Counted from the first letter of the stretch, positions 9,500-24,042 are shown. The stretch is DNA of 53,468 nt from an uncultured Planctomycetia bacterium (GCA_964372395.1 CAYJQV010000007.1:1-53468), one strand, 5' to 3'. Notes: generated from the sequence alone by a model not told the origin. Made by a program: numbers and translations.

Positions 9500-9526
9500 G
9501 CGCGCATTGTATCAGCCGCCGCGCGG

Positions 9527-9575
9527 GCTTGTCAAACCACGCGGCTTGTCAAACCACGCGGGCTTGTGCTAGACT
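9527..9575 (+). promoter_or_regulatory. 17-bp tandem repeat (2 full copies plus a partial third) carrying -35-like TTGTCA boxes; putative dnaA promoter
   Basis: GCTTGTCAAACCACGCG at 9527-9543 and 9544-9560, then GGCTTGTGCTAGACT. TTGTCA (9546-9551), an 18-nt spacer and TAGACT (9570-9575) lie upstream of dnaA. Confidence 0.35.
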
Positions 9576-9601
9576 CTCTGCGTCCTTGAGCTTCCTTCCG
9601 A

Positions 9602-10966
9602 ATGGACCGATTAAACCTGAACCTCTGGAATCAAGCCCTCAGTCACATTCAGGGGCAGCTCCCCACTCAAGCCTATGAGACGTGGTTTCAGCCCACCCGG
9701 GCCGTCGAGTCCACCACCGGCTCGCTCGTGGTGGAGGTCCCCAACCCCTTCTTCCGCGACTGGCTGACCACCCACTACACCGACCTCATCCACGAGACCC
9801 TGCAGCACCTGGCCCGCACCAAGGTGGAGGTCCAGTACACCCTGCCGCAGCAGGCGCCCGAGGAGCCGCCTGCGCTCGCGGCCGCTTCCGCATCCCCTGC
9901 TCCTGCACCCGCAGCCCCTGCCTGGCCCGCACCGGTCCCTGAGCCGGTTCTGAACTTCCGCTACACCTTTGAGCAGTTCGTCATCGGCCCTTCCAATCGG
10001 TTCGCCCATGCGGCCTCGGTGGCGGTGAGTGAAACCCCCGCCAAGGTGTACAACCCCCTCTTCATCCACGGGGGCGTCGGTCTGGGAAAGACGCACCTCA
10101 TGCAGGCGATCGGGCACCGGATCCGGGAGCGTTTCCCCCAGGCCCGCGGCATCTACCTCTCCAGCGAGCGGTTCACCAATCAGCTCATCTCCGCGATCCA
10201 AAACCGCTCGATGGCCGCCTTCCGCGAGCGGTTCCGCTCGGCCGACATCCTCCTGGTGGACGACATCCAATTCATCGCAGGAAAAGAGGCCACGCAGGAG
10301 GGGTTCTTCCACACCTTCAACGCCCTCTATGACTCCCACAAGCAGATCGTGATCTCCAGCGACCGTCCCCCCAAGGAGCTTCACGGGGTGGAGGAGCGGC
10401 TCGTCTCCCGGTTCGAATGGGGACTGGTCGTGGACATCCAGCCGCCGGACCTGGAAACGCGGGTGGCCATCCTGAGGAAGAAAGCGGAGGCGCAGGCAAC
10501 TCCCGTTCCCGATGAGGTCACCCTCTTTATTGCGGAGCGCGTCAGCTCCAACATCCGCGAGCTGGAAGGGGCGCTTAACCGGGTTATTGCCTACGGCGTA
10601 TTGACCGGCCGGCAGATGTCTCTCTCCATGGCACAGGAGGTTTTAAAGGGCTTGGTGGCGGAGGTCGCCAGGAATGTGACGGTGGAACGGATCCAGCGTT
10701 TCGTTGCCGGCTATTTCAACATCACCCTGGCAGAGCTAAAGGGTAAGCGGCGGACAAAGGCCCTTTCGTTGCCGCGCCAGCTGGCCATGGCGATGGCCCG
10801 CGAGCTGACGGATGCCTCTTTGCCCTCCATTGGGGAGGCGTTCGGTGGAAGGGATCATGCAACCGTTGTATACGCCTGTCAAAAGATCGCGCGGGTTCGG
10901 TCACAACCGGGCAAGCTGAAGGAGCTCTTTGAGTCGTTGCAGGCGGCATTCCTGCGGGAGGGATAG
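9602..10966 (+). CDS. dnaA: chromosomal replication initiator DnaA
   Basis: NPLFIHGGVGLGKTHLMQAIGH, LLVDDIQF, SDRPP and the C-terminal DNA-binding LPRQLAMAMARELT..SLPSIGEAFGGRDHATV. Confidence 0.97.
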   Translation: MDRLNLNLWNQALSHIQGQLPTQAYETWFQPTRAVESTTGSLVVEVPNPFFRDWLTTHYTDLIHETLQHLARTKVEVQYTLPQQAPEEPPALAAASASPAPAPAAPAWPAPVPEPVLNFRYTFEQFVIGPSNRFAHAASVAVSETPAKVYNPLFIHGGVGLGKTHLMQAIGHRIRERFPQARGIYLSSERFTNQLISAIQNRSMAAFRERFRSADILLVDDIQFIAGKEATQEGFFHTFNALYDSHKQIVISSDRPPKELHGVEERLVSRFEWGLVVDIQPPDLETRVAILRKKAEAQATPVPDEVTLFIAERVSSNIRELEGALNRVIAYGVLTGRQMSLSMAQEVLKGLVAEVARNVTVERIQRFVAGYFNITLAELKGKRRTKALSLPRQLAMAMARELTDASLPSIGEAFGGRDHATVVYACQKIARVRSQPGKLKELFESLQAAFLREG

Positions 10967-11158
10967 CCTGTGGAGAAAGCTGTTGGTTACTCTGTTGAGG
11001 GGTCGTTATGTTGATGGGTGGGTGGTTTTCAACAATTTCCAAACAATTCCTGTTGAATCTTATCTCTATTGTTGTATTATAGTTATAGCGTTTTTCGTGG
11101 ACTTGACAGCCCTTACTGTTGTTATTGATTCTCCATAAACTAAAGTAAAGGTAGGGCC
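10967..11158. other. candidate oriC / DNA-unwinding region in the dnaA-dnaN spacer
   Basis: The only strongly AT-rich tract in the window (11041-11100 has 18 G+C of 60). DnaA-box-like 9-mers: TGTGGAGAA (10969-10977), TTCTCCATA (11129-11137, opposite orientation) and TTTTCAACA (11026-11034). TGTTG recurs six times. Confidence 0.5.
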
Positions 11159-12256
11159 ATGAAAGCTCGCATTTCCAGGGAGAATCTCTTCAAGGCAGTT
11201 CAGAGGGTTTACCCTGTTGTTCCTTCCAAGAGCACGTTGCCGATCCTGTCCCACCTCCTCTTGGAGGCCAAGAAGGAGAGCCTGCAGGTCACCGGTACCG
11301 ATCTGGAGCTGGGCATCACAACCGCGGTTTCAGCAGAGGTCGCGGAAGAGGGATCCATCGCTGTTCCGGCGAAACGGTTCCACGATCTGGTCAAGGAGCT
11401 GCCTGAGGAATCGCTGCAGATGACCTGCAGGAAGAATCAGCAGATCGGAATCGAATGCGCCCGCGGGGTGTTCAAGATCGTCGGCCTTCCAAAGGAAGAG
11501 TTTCCCCGCCTCCCCAGCACGGCAAGCCAGGATACCCTGACGATCGATCAGGGGGTCCTCCAGGCAATGCTGGCACTGACCCTCTTCTCCGTTTCCCATG
11601 ACGAATCCCGCTACATGCTGACCGGAGTCCTCTTCGCCACACAGAATGGCTGGCTTCGGCTTGTCTCCACGGATGGACGCCGGATGGCGATGGTGGAGCG
11701 AGAGGCGAGGGCAAGCGGGGTCAAGGATCAGCAGCTCATCGTCCCGCAAAAAACATTGCAGGAGCTGCTGCGCCTCCTGGGGGAGGGGCCCACCGTGAAG
11801 ATCTCGCTCAAGGAGACACAGATCACCTTTGACCTGGGAAACACACTCGTCATCAGCCGGTTGATCGAGGGCAAGTTCCCGAACTACGAGCAGGTGATCC
11901 CGGCGGAAAGCCCCAATAAGATGTCGGTGAACCGGGAGGACTTTCTGGTCGCAGCTCGAAGGATCTCCCTCTGGTCGACCCAGGATTCGCCGTCCGTGCG
12001 ACTGGATCTTAAACCGGACCAGCTAGTGGTCTCCAAGCAAAGCCCGGAAGTCGGGGAGGCGCATGAGGACGTTCGAGTCAGCTACGCAGGACCGGAGTTT
12101 TCCATTGGATTCAACCCCGCCTATCTCATCGACGTGTTGAAGGCCCTCCCCGACGGGAGCGTGGAGATGGAGCTGCCCGGACCGGACCGGCCGGGCGTCA
12201 TCCGGACAAAGGACCACTACCTGTACATCGTCCTGCCGATGCAGTTAAGCCAGTAG
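11159..12256 (+). CDS. dnaN: DNA polymerase III beta sliding clamp
   Basis: 365 aa following dnaA. LPILSHLLLEA, TGTDLEL, RYMLTGVLF and LVSTDGRRMA motifs. Confidence 0.95.
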   Translation: MKARISRENLFKAVQRVYPVVPSKSTLPILSHLLLEAKKESLQVTGTDLELGITTAVSAEVAEEGSIAVPAKRFHDLVKELPEESLQMTCRKNQQIGIECARGVFKIVGLPKEEFPRLPSTASQDTLTIDQGVLQAMLALTLFSVSHDESRYMLTGVLFATQNGWLRLVSTDGRRMAMVEREARASGVKDQQLIVPQKTLQELLRLLGEGPTVKISLKETQITFDLGNTLVISRLIEGKFPNYEQVIPAESPNKMSVNREDFLVAARRISLWSTQDSPSVRLDLKPDQLVVSKQSPEVGEAHEDVRVSYAGPEFSIGFNPAYLIDVLKALPDGSVEMELPGPDRPGVIRTKDHYLYIVLPMQLSQ

Positions 12257-12258
12257 AG

Positions 12259-16462
<4,204 letters not shown>

Positions 16463-16465
16463 GCC

Positions 16466-19400
16466 ATGTACGCACGCAACGAAAAGGTAGTCCCGATCGC
16501 GATCGAGCAGGAGATGAAGGATTCGTACATCTCCTATGCGATGTCGGTGATTGTGGGCCGCGCGCTGCCGGATGCGCGGGATGGGCTCAAGCCGGTCCAG
16601 CGGCGGATCCTCTACACGATGCGGGAGCTGAATCTGGATCCGGGCAAACCGTACAAGAAGGCAGCCCGCGTCGTGGGCGATTGCCTCGGGAAGTACCACC
16701 CGCACGGCGACATGGCGGTGTACGACGCGCTGGTGCGGATGGCGCAGGATTTTTCCGTGCGCTACCCGCTTGTCGACGGCCAGGGGAATTTTGGCTGCTT
16801 CACCGGAGATACGAAACTGAAATTGCTGGATGGCCGCGAGCTTTCGTTCGACGAGTTGGCTCCAGAGTTTGGGCCAGACAAGCCGTTTCATGTTTATTCG
16901 GTTGACAAAAAGGGGCGGATCACCGTCGGCGTGGCCAGCAACCCGAGGGTCACCCGCCGGGGGGCAGAGTTGCTCGAATTAACGCTGGACTCAGGGAAGA
17001 GCATCCGGTGCACTCCCGATCACCAGTTCATGCTGCGAGATGGTTCGTATAAACAAGCCAGGGAGCTGAGCGATCAAGATGCTTTGATGCCGGGATACTT
17101 TAAGACCGCCCCAATCAACGAGGAGCTGAACGAATATCTGGCGATACAGCAACCCTCCACGGGTCAGTACGAATTCGTCCACCGGGTGGTGGATCGATGG
17201 ATGGAGGAAAACGGCTTGGCGCGGCGAATCCGGGGTCCGTTTGTGCGGCACCACAAGAACTTCAACCGCTTCGACAACCGTCCAGGAAACCTGGTCCGGA
17301 TGCGGTTCTTGGAGCATCTGCACGTCCATACCGAGCAGATCGGGGAGCTTTGGACTCAGGGAGCATTCCGCGCGGTTCAGCGGGAAGGGGTACGGCGTTA
17401 CTACCTGCGGAACCCCAGGGTGCTGGAAGAGCGCCGCCGTCGGTTCATCCTTCAAAATCGGTCCGAGGAGTTTCGGGAGGTGAATGGCCAAAGAGTGGCA
17501 AAGCGACTGCGGGTCCGGTACGCGGAGAATCCCGAGTTAGGGCGGGAGATCAGCCGGCGCATGCGTTTGCTCTGGGAGGACCCGATCTACCAGGCCAAGA
17601 TGAGCGCGGCTTTGAGCGGGATCGAGAAACGCCCATTGACGCCGGAGCAAATGGAACGAGTCCGGGAAATCATTTCCGAGAAAAGCCGGCGCATGTGGAA
17701 TTCGCAGAAACGAGAAGAAATCGTCCAGGCGATCCGGCTGGCCCTTACCAAACCGGGGATCCGCCGGAGGCTCTCGCAGACGGCCAAGCGGCTCTGGGCG
17801 GATCCGGAATACAGAGCGGAGTATGGCCCAACCCATTTCTCTCGCGGCGCCGGTCTCTTAAGCCGCCTTCCGAGGACGGAAATCACCCCGGAGATCTACG
17901 ACGAACAGCGACGGGGCAGCTGGGCTCCGCGGGCGAAGAATCTGAACAGGCATTTTGAGAGTTTCGAGGAAATGCTCGAGCAGGCGGCGACTTATAACCA
18001 CCGCGTGGTTTCAAAACGACGTCTGCACGAGCGCGCCGATGTCTGGGATGTCACGGTGGCTGAGCATCACAACTTTTTGCTCGCTGCCGGCGTCTTTGTC
18101 CACAACTCGATCGATGGGGACCCCCCTGCTGCGCAGAGATATACCGAGGCGCGCCTGGCGCCGATTGCCGAGACGATACTGACCGACATCGACAAGGAAA
18201 CCGTGGATCTCGTCCCGAACTTCGATGAATCGCTGATGGAGCCCCGGGTTCTTCCCGCGATGCTGCCGAACCTGCTCCTGAACGGGGCCAGCGGGATCGC
18301 CGTGGGAATGGCCACCAACATCCCGCCGCACAACCTGGGCGAGCTGGTGGACGGGATCATCGCCGTCATCGAGGAGCCGGAGATCGATGTGAAGGCCCTG
18401 ATGAAGCGGCTGCCGGGCCCGGACTTTCCCACGGGGGGGCTGATCTCCGGCAGGCAGGGGGTCCTCGATGCCTACACCACCGGCCGCGGTCTCATCCGGG
18501 TTCGCGCCAAGGCGCACATTGAATCCGGCAAGGGGGGCAAGGAATCGATCGTGATCTCGGAGATCCCTTACCAGGTGAACAAGGCGACCCTCCTGGAGTC
18601 AATCGCCGGGCTGGTGAGGGAGAAGAAGCTCGAGGGGATCGCCGACCTCAGGGACGAGTCGGACAAGGAGGGGCTCCGGATCGTCGTGGACCTGAAGCGG
18701 GATGCCAACGGGCAGGTGGTGCTCAATCAGCTCTTCAGGCGCACCCAGCTGGAGACCACCTTCGGGGCGATCCTCCTGGCCCTGGTGGAGAATCGGCCAA
18801 GGGTCTGCACCTTGAAGACGCTCCTCCAGGTGTACATCGCCCACCGCAGGGAGGTGGTCACCCGCCGGACAAGGTTCGAGCTCAAGCGGGCACAGGAACG
18901 GGCGCACATCCTTGAGGGGCTGAAGGTTGCCATCGCGCACCTGGATGCCGTCATCAAGCTCATCCGCAAGTCGAAGAGCGAGGAGGAGGCGAAGGGGGCC
19001 CTCATCAAGGAATACGACTTGAGCGCGGTCCAGGCGCAGGCGATCCTGGAGATGCAGCTCAGGCGCTTGACGGCCCTGGAGCGCTCCAAGATCGAGCAGG
19101 AGTACCTCGAGCTGATCAAGCGGATCGGCGAGCTGGAGGCGATCCTGGCCTCGGAGGCGAAGGTGTTGGGCCTCATGAAGGAGGAGCTGCGGGACATCGC
19201 CAAGCGTTTTGCGGATGACCGCCGGACCGAGATCGTGGCGGCGGAGGCGAAGGAGATGGAGATCGAGGACCTCATCGCCGAGGAGGATGTGGTGATCACG
19301 ATCTCCCACTCCGGCTACATCAAGCGCCTGCCGGTCTCGGGCTACCGCCGGCAGGGCCGCGGAGGCAAGGGGGTGACCGGGGCGGATCTGAAGGAAGAGG

Positions 19401-20251
19401 ATTTCATCGAGCACCTCTTCGTCGCCTCGACGCACGACTACCTGCTCTGCTTCACCGACCACGGGAAGGTCCACTGGCTGAAGGTGTACGACGTCCCCCA
19501 GGCGAGCCGCCAGGCGAAGGGGAAGGCGATCGTGAATCTCATCGAGATCCCCTCCGGAGAGAGGCCTGCGGCCTTCGTGCCGGTCCGGGAGTTCAAGGAG
19601 GACCTCTTCCTCATCATGGCAACCGCCAACGGCCTCATCAAGAAGACAGCCCTTTCCGCCTACGGCCATCCCCGGCGTGGCGGGATCGTCGGGATGGGCC
19701 TGGAGAGCGGGGACCGGCTGATCCGGGTGGTCCTCAGCGACGGCCACCAGGAGCTCCTGCTGGCTACCTCTCAGGGCAAGGCGATCCGATTCCCCGAGAC
19801 TCAGGTGCGGGACATGGGTCGCGGGGCCAAGGGGGTCAAGGCGATGACGCTCGGCAAGAAGGACCGGGTGGTGGGGATGACCTTCTGCCGGAAGGGAGAC
19901 ACCATGCTCACCGTGACCTCCCAGGGCTTCGGCAAGCGGACCCCCGTCGAGCAGTACCGGAAGCAGTCGCGAGGGGGCAAGGGGATCATCAACCTGAGGG
20001 TGACCAAGAAGAACGGAGAGGCCCTGACCCTGTTGACCGTTTCCGACAAGGACGAGATCATGCTGATCACCCAGCACGGCCAGCTCATCCGCTGCCCGGT
20101 GAAGCAGATCCGGACCACCGGGAGGGCCGCCCAGGGGGTGCGCCTCATGCGCCTGGAGGCGAAGGATACCCTCGCCGCCGTCGCCACCGTCGTTCCGGAG
20201 GAGAACGGCTCCTCGGAGGAATCCGCCTCCCGGGCCTCTCCAAAAGAGTAG
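16466..20251 (+). CDS. gyrA: DNA gyrase subunit A, intein-containing precursor
   Basis: [18 protein letters not shown] and LVDGQGNFG // [17 protein letters not shown] split by 437 aa. C-terminal beta-pinwheel repeats are present. The extein is 824 aa. Confidence 0.97.
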   Translation: MYARNEKVVPIAIEQEMKDSYISYAMSVIVGRALPDARDGLKPVQRRILYTMRELNLDPGKPYKKAARVVGDCLGKYHPHGDMAVYDALVRMAQDFSVRYPLVDGQGNFGCFTGDTKLKLLDGRELSFDELAPEFGPDKPFHVYSVDKKGRITVGVASNPRVTRRGAELLELTLDSGKSIRCTPDHQFMLRDGSYKQARELSDQDALMPGYFKTAPINEELNEYLAIQQPSTGQYEFVHRVVDRWMEENGLARRIRGPFVRHHKNFNRFDNRPGNLVRMRFLEHLHVHTEQIGELWTQGAFRAVQREGVRRYYLRNPRVLEERRRRFILQNRSEEFREVNGQRVAKRLRVRYAENPELGREISRRMRLLWEDPIYQAKMSAALSGIEKRPLTPEQMERVREIISEKSRRMWNSQKREEIVQAIRLALTKPGIRRRLSQTAKRLWADPEYRAEYGPTHFSRGAGLLSRLPRTEITPEIYDEQRRGSWAPRAKNLNRHFESFEEMLEQAATYNHRVVSKRRLHERADVWDVTVAEHHNFLLAAGVFVHNSIDGDPPAAQRYTEARLAPIAETILTDIDKETVDLVPNFDESLMEPRVLPAMLPNLLLNGASGIAVGMATNIPPHNLGELVDGIIAVIEEPEIDVKALMKRLPGPDFPTGGLISGRQGVLDAYTTGRGLIRVRAKAHIESGKGGKESIVISEIPYQVNKATLLESIAGLVREKKLEGIADLRDESDKEGLRIVVDLKRDANGQVVLNQLFRRTQLETTFGAILLALVENRPRVCTLKTLLQVYIAHRREVVTRRTRFELKRAQERAHILEGLKVAIAHLDAVIKLIRKSKSEEEAKGALIKEYDLSAVQAQAILEMQLRRLTALERSKIEQEYLELIKRIGELEAILASEAKVLGLMKEELRDIAKRFADDRRTEIVAAEAKEMEIEDLIAEEDVVITISHSGYIKRLPVSGYRRQGRGGKGVTGADLKEEDFIEHLFVASTHDYLLCFTDHGKVHWLKVYDVPQASRQAKGKAIVNLIEIPSGERPAAFVPVREFKEDLFLIMATANGLIKKTALSAYGHPRRGGIVGMGLESGDRLIRVVLSDGHQELLLATSQGKAIRFPETQVRDMGRGAKGVKAMTLGKKDRVVGMTFCRKGDTMLTVTSQGFGKRTPVEQYRKQSRGGKGIINLRVTKKNGEALTLLTVSDKDEIMLITQHGQLIRCPVKQIRTTGRAAQGVRLMRLEAKDTLAAVATVVPEENGSSEESASRASPKE
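16796..18106 (+). mobile_element. GyrA intein (437 aa) with HNH-type endonuclease and repeated helical modules
   Basis: Cys1 in [13 protein letters not shown], block B CTPDH, HNH core [25 protein letters not shown], and four ..R(L/M)W.DP.Y.A.. repeats. Block F/G is [23 protein letters not shown], followed by Ser+1. Sampled lines are about 48% GC (16861-16920, 17041-17100) against 72% in the extein line 18241-18300. Confidence 0.9.
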
Positions 20252-20294
20252 CTGCAACATCCCGCTCCGCGGTGCTATCCTTGAACCAGCCTTC

Positions 20295-20369
20295 GTCCCC
20301 GTCGTCTAGCCCGGTCTAGGACACGGGCCTTTCGAGCCCTTGACGCGGGTTCAAATCCCGCCGGGGACG
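20295..20369 (+). tRNA. tRNA-Glu (anticodon TTC)
   Basis: GTCCCCGTCGTCTAGCCCGGTCTAGGACACGGGCCTTTCGAGCCCTTGACGCGGGTTCAAATCCCGCCGGGGACG. Anticodon loop CTTTCGA. Close to canonical bacterial tRNA-Glu. Confidence 0.9.
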
Positions 20370-20557
20370 CGTCCTCATTTCCCGAGATTCCCGCTGAGGC
20401 TGCGCGTCGTCTCCGCGTACTCTTTCGACACCTTGATACCTCCGGTCAAGATCGGGTAGGCTTGTAAAGGAGACTGCGCCTGGCCGCCGGGCGGTTGCGC
20501 GGCTTTTGCGTATTTGATAAGAGAGTAAAATAGATGCGAGGCAGGGAGGGATTCATC

Positions 20558-21010
20558 ATGCGATTGCATCGTCGTTCACCTTCTGGCTTCACGCTGGTGG
20601 AGGTCATGATCGTGGTCGCGATCATCGCCATGCTGGCGGCGATCGCGATCCCCAATCTCCTCCGGGCGCGGCATAACGCGAACGAGGTGGCCGCGATCAA
20701 AGGGCTGCGGACCCTTTCCACGGCGCTGGAGTCGTACCGGGCAGCCCAAACCCCGCCGGACTATCCCCTCGGTCTGGAGTACCTTTCCAACGCTGTGCCG
20801 CCCTACGTGCCGGCCAGCATGACCTGGGGGGGAGCGCGGCAGGGGTACCGGTACCTGTACCTGCGGGAGAGCAACAACCGGTACACCATCCGGGCAAATC
20901 CGGAGACCTGGAGGACAACCGGCAGCCGCGGTTTCCACGTGGATGAAACCGGCGTGATCCGGGCCAGCACGCGCGGCGAGGGCACCCGCTGGAGCCCGGA
21001 GGTCGAGTAG
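20558..21010 (+). CDS. prepilin-type N-terminal cleavage/methylation domain protein (type IV pilin / pseudopilin-like)
   Basis: MRLHRRSPSG|FTLVEVMIVVAIIAMLAAIAIPNLLRAR is the classic G-F-T-L-x-E prepilin signal. GGGAGGG RBS lies 7 nt upstream of ATG 20558. Confidence 0.85.
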   Translation: MRLHRRSPSGFTLVEVMIVVAIIAMLAAIAIPNLLRARHNANEVAAIKGLRTLSTALESYRAAQTPPDYPLGLEYLSNAVPPYVPASMTWGGARQGYRYLYLRESNNRYTIRANPETWRTTGSRGFHVDETGVIRASTRGEGTRWSPEVE

Positions 21011-21083
21011 GGCCCTTAAGCCCGGCGCCTTCAACCCCCACGGTCAGACGCCCCCGCGTTTTGACGACGCCCCGATTTTTCCC

Positions 21084-21134
21084 TTGACAAGCCCGGGGCG
21101 CATGTAGAGAATGAGATTCGATATCAATCTCATT
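21084..21134 (+). promoter_or_regulatory. fur promoter with overlapping Fur box
   Basis: TTGACA (21084-21089), a 17-nt spacer, then GAGAAT (21107-21112). Inverted repeat AATGAGATT-cgatatc-AATCTCATT (21110-21134) resembles the Fur-box consensus GATAATGATAATCATTATC. Confidence 0.6.
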
Positions 21135-21148
21135 GAGGTCCCCATCGC

Positions 21149-21667
21149 ATGCGCACCCGAGAAGCGGAGGTCATCCTTTTCCCCAAGCACGCGCGCCAGC
21201 CGCAGCAGTTCCGGCAGTGGCTGGCCTCCATCCTCCAGACCTTCCAGGAGCATCTCAGCCGGCAGGGACTGAACCTTACCCACCAGCGGGAGGAGATCCT
21301 GCGCTGCCTCATGGAGGCGGATCGGCATCTCTCGGTGGAGGAGATCTATGAGCAGGTGCGGAAGAAGGACCCGACCCTCGGACGGGCGACCGTCTTCCGG
21401 ACCGTGAAGCTCCTCCACGGATGCGGGCTGGTGGCCGAGGTGGGCTCCGTCAACGGCCGCTCCAAGTACGAGCTCAAGGCGGACCGGCCCCACCACGACC
21501 ACATGATCTGCATCGAGTGCGGGCGGATCATCGAGTTCCAGAGCCCGATGATGGAGCGGTTCCAGGATGAGGCGATCCGCCGGCAGGGATTCGTGGCCCT
21601 CTGGCACCGGCACGAGATCTTCGGCCGCTGTGTCGCTTGCGCCAAGAAACGGGACGGTCGATCCTGA
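21149..21667 (+). CDS. fur: Fur-family ferric uptake regulator
   Basis: HLSVEEIYEQVRKKDPTLGRATVFRTVKLL, then HHDHMICIECGRIIEF metal-site motifs. Confidence 0.9.
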   Translation: MRTREAEVILFPKHARQPQQFRQWLASILQTFQEHLSRQGLNLTHQREEILRCLMEADRHLSVEEIYEQVRKKDPTLGRATVFRTVKLLHGCGLVAEVGSVNGRSKYELKADRPHHDHMICIECGRIIEFQSPMMERFQDEAIRRQGFVALWHRHEIFGRCVACAKKRDGRS

Positions 21668-21855
21668 TGGAGCAACCGCCCAGTCCGGCGACCAGGCTCC
21701 CGGATCGGATCCTCGCGGCCATCAGCTCGGTCCGATACGGCACGGTGCAGATCGTGATTCAGGATGGCCGCGTCGTCCAGATCGAGAAGACCGAAAGGAT
21801 CCGTTTGGATAAAGCCGACCAGACCGCTGGAGGCGGCACAAAGCAACTCGCCTGA
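21667..21855 (+). CDS. DUF2292 (YezD-like) small protein
   Basis: YGTVQIVIQDGRVVQIEKTERIRL motif. ATG overlaps the fur stop (TGATG). Confidence 0.6.
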   Translation: MEQPPSPATRLPDRILAAISSVRYGTVQIVIQDGRVVQIEKTERIRLDKADQTAGGGTKQLA

Positions 21856-21906
21856 TCCGGCCAGACCTGCTGGAGGGGAAGGCCATTGGGAAGGAGATCT
21901 CGGAAG

Positions 21907-24027
21907 ATGGTTGCTGACCTCTCTGCGCGGCTGCGATTTCACTGCTTGGTCTGGGGGCTTGCCCTGCCGGTCGTCCTGGCGGGCGCGCCGGCGGCCTCGG
22001 CTCAGGAACCGGTTCCGGAAGAGGAGGTGACTGTGGAGGCGGTCAAGAGGGCTGAAGAGGGCCGTCTGCTCCCGGACGTCTCCGGGACCCGGATCTACGC
22101 CGGCAAGAAGGCGACGCAGGCGCCGCTCCGGAAAATCCCGGCGGTGTACAACAACAATTACCGCCAGGCCTTCTCGCAACTGCCGGGCCTGCTCATCTCG
22201 GAGATGAACAACCACAGCGTCGTGAACCTCAACTACCGGGGGATCGGCGATCCCCACGAGTCGCAGGATCTGCTCACGCTCAAGGACGGCCTCCCCATCG
22301 GGATGGACCGGGTGGGCTATTCGACAACCTATTACGTCCCGCCCTTCGAATCGGTAGAGCGGGTGGAGCTGATCCGCGGAGGCGGGGCGCTGCTCTACGG
22401 GCCTCAGCCGGGGCCGGTGTTGAACTACGTCACCTACGATCCCCCTGCGCAGGAGGGCTGGCGCGGGTCGACCTCCCATACAGCGGGCTCCTTCGGGACC
22501 TACAGCACCTTCAACCGCGGGTCGATGGCCCAAGGGCCTTGGGGAGCGCTGGTTTACCAGTATCACTCCCACTCCAATGGACCCCGGGCCAACGAGGGGT
22601 TTGACTTGAGCGGCGGAAGCGCCAAGGTCACCCGTCGGCGCGGCGCCGAATCCAAGTGGACGCTGAATGTAGACGCCCATGAGAGCGAAGCGCGGGAGCC
22701 GGGGCGACTGACGCTGGCCCAGTACCAGGCGGACCGCCGGCAGGTGCCTCGCCCGGGGGACCGGCTGGAGATCTCCCGGTACGCCGCCAGTCTAAGAAAC
22801 GAGACCGGCTTGTCTGCTGACACGAAGATATCCTGGATCTTCTACGGAAATTATTACGACCGCTGGTCTCTTCGCCGGACCAGCAACGCCTCGACACAGA
22901 ATAACCTGGACCGCCGGGAGGTGAGCGCCGGAGGGATGGAGGGCCGGCTCAGACATGATTACCAGGCCCTTGGCCAGACCCAGACCCTGACGCTGGGAGG
23001 CACCTTCTACGCCGCGGATGCCCCGCGTACCCAGGACCGCTCCCCCACGGGCAGGTATCCCTCCGAGCTGGGCAACCCGATCTTCGACTTCGACTACCGG
23101 ACGATCTACGGGGCTCTCTTCGGAGAGAACCGGGTGGTCCTGGGGAAGCTGTCGGTTGTCCCGGGGTTCCGGCTGGATTTCTTGAGCCAGCGGGTCAGGG
23201 AAAAGATCAACGCGGGGAAGAGCTCGCCGCTGCACAGCATCGATGAATTCACCGCCGTTCCCCTGTTGGGGCTGGGGATCCAGTACGAGATCCCCGGAAA
23301 CAGCCAGCTGTACGCCAACGCCTCCCAGGGTTACAAGCCGGCGCAATTCGACGACCTTGCCCCCACCGGAAACAATACCCTGCCGGCGACATCGTTGGAC
23401 GAGGGGAAGATCTGGACGTACGAGCTGGGGATCCGCGGGAATCCCTTCCCCGGCTTTCAGTTCGACGCGAGCCTCTTCCGGGCGGTCTATGAGAACTTCT
23501 TCGGGACCGTCACCGTGGGTTCGAACACCCAGCGCCAGAACGTGGGCAAGGCGATCTACCAGGGAGCGGATCTTGCCGGGGAGGTGAAACTCACCCGGAT
23601 CCTTGCCCCCTCGGCCGAGCCGCACCTGGGGACGCTGGGTCTCTACGGCAACGTTTCCCTGCTGGATGCGGAGTTTGACGAGGGGCCCCGCGCCGGCCGG
23701 GAGCCGGCGTTTGCCCCGTCCTACCTGGCCAAGGCGGGCCTCATCTACCGGTGGAGGGACAGGGCGAAGGTGGCGCTTATGGGGACGTTCGTGGAGGATC
23801 ATTTCTGGGCGGATGACAACGGGGCCGGCAGCACGGGCCTCGCCGCCATCCCGGCCTATTCGGTATGGGACCTCACCGGGGAGATGAATCTGGTCAGGGA
23901 TACCCTCGCGCTCTTCCTGGGGGTCAACAATCTCCTGGATGAGGCGTACTTTTCCCGCGTCCGGTCGGACGGCATTGAGCCGGCCGCGGAACGCAGCTAT
24001 TACGCCGGCGCGAGGATGAGGTTTTAG
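21907..24027 (+). CDS. TonB-dependent outer-membrane receptor
   Basis: Signal peptide ending AASAQE, a plug-domain region, beta-barrel repeats, and C-terminal ..YYAGARMRF (terminal aromatic). GGAAGGAG RBS lies before ATG 21907. Confidence 0.85.
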   Translation: MVADLSARLRFHCLVWGLALPVVLAGAPAASAQEPVPEEEVTVEAVKRAEEGRLLPDVSGTRIYAGKKATQAPLRKIPAVYNNNYRQAFSQLPGLLISEMNNHSVVNLNYRGIGDPHESQDLLTLKDGLPIGMDRVGYSTTYYVPPFESVERVELIRGGGALLYGPQPGPVLNYVTYDPPAQEGWRGSTSHTAGSFGTYSTFNRGSMAQGPWGALVYQYHSHSNGPRANEGFDLSGGSAKVTRRRGAESKWTLNVDAHESEAREPGRLTLAQYQADRRQVPRPGDRLEISRYAASLRNETGLSADTKISWIFYGNYYDRWSLRRTSNASTQNNLDRREVSAGGMEGRLRHDYQALGQTQTLTLGGTFYAADAPRTQDRSPTGRYPSELGNPIFDFDYRTIYGALFGENRVVLGKLSVVPGFRLDFLSQRVREKINAGKSSPLHSIDEFTAVPLLGLGIQYEIPGNSQLYANASQGYKPAQFDDLAPTGNNTLPATSLDEGKIWTYELGIRGNPFPGFQFDASLFRAVYENFFGTVTVGSNTQRQNVGKAIYQGADLAGEVKLTRILAPSAEPHLGTLGLYGNVSLLDAEFDEGPRAGREPAFAPSYLAKAGLIYRWRDRAKVALMGTFVEDHFWADDNGAGSTGLAAIPAYSVWDLTGEMNLVRDTLALFLGVNNLLDEAYFSRVRSDGIEPAAERSYYAGARMRF

Positions 24028-24042
24028 AGAGGAGATCGTCCG

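Noticed and set aside
20931-20949. GTTTCCACGTGGATGAAAC inside the pilin-like gene, as a third parS.
   Set aside because: Only the CCACGTGG core matches. The arms are displaced by an insertion and are not the TGTTCCAC/GTGGAACA halves.
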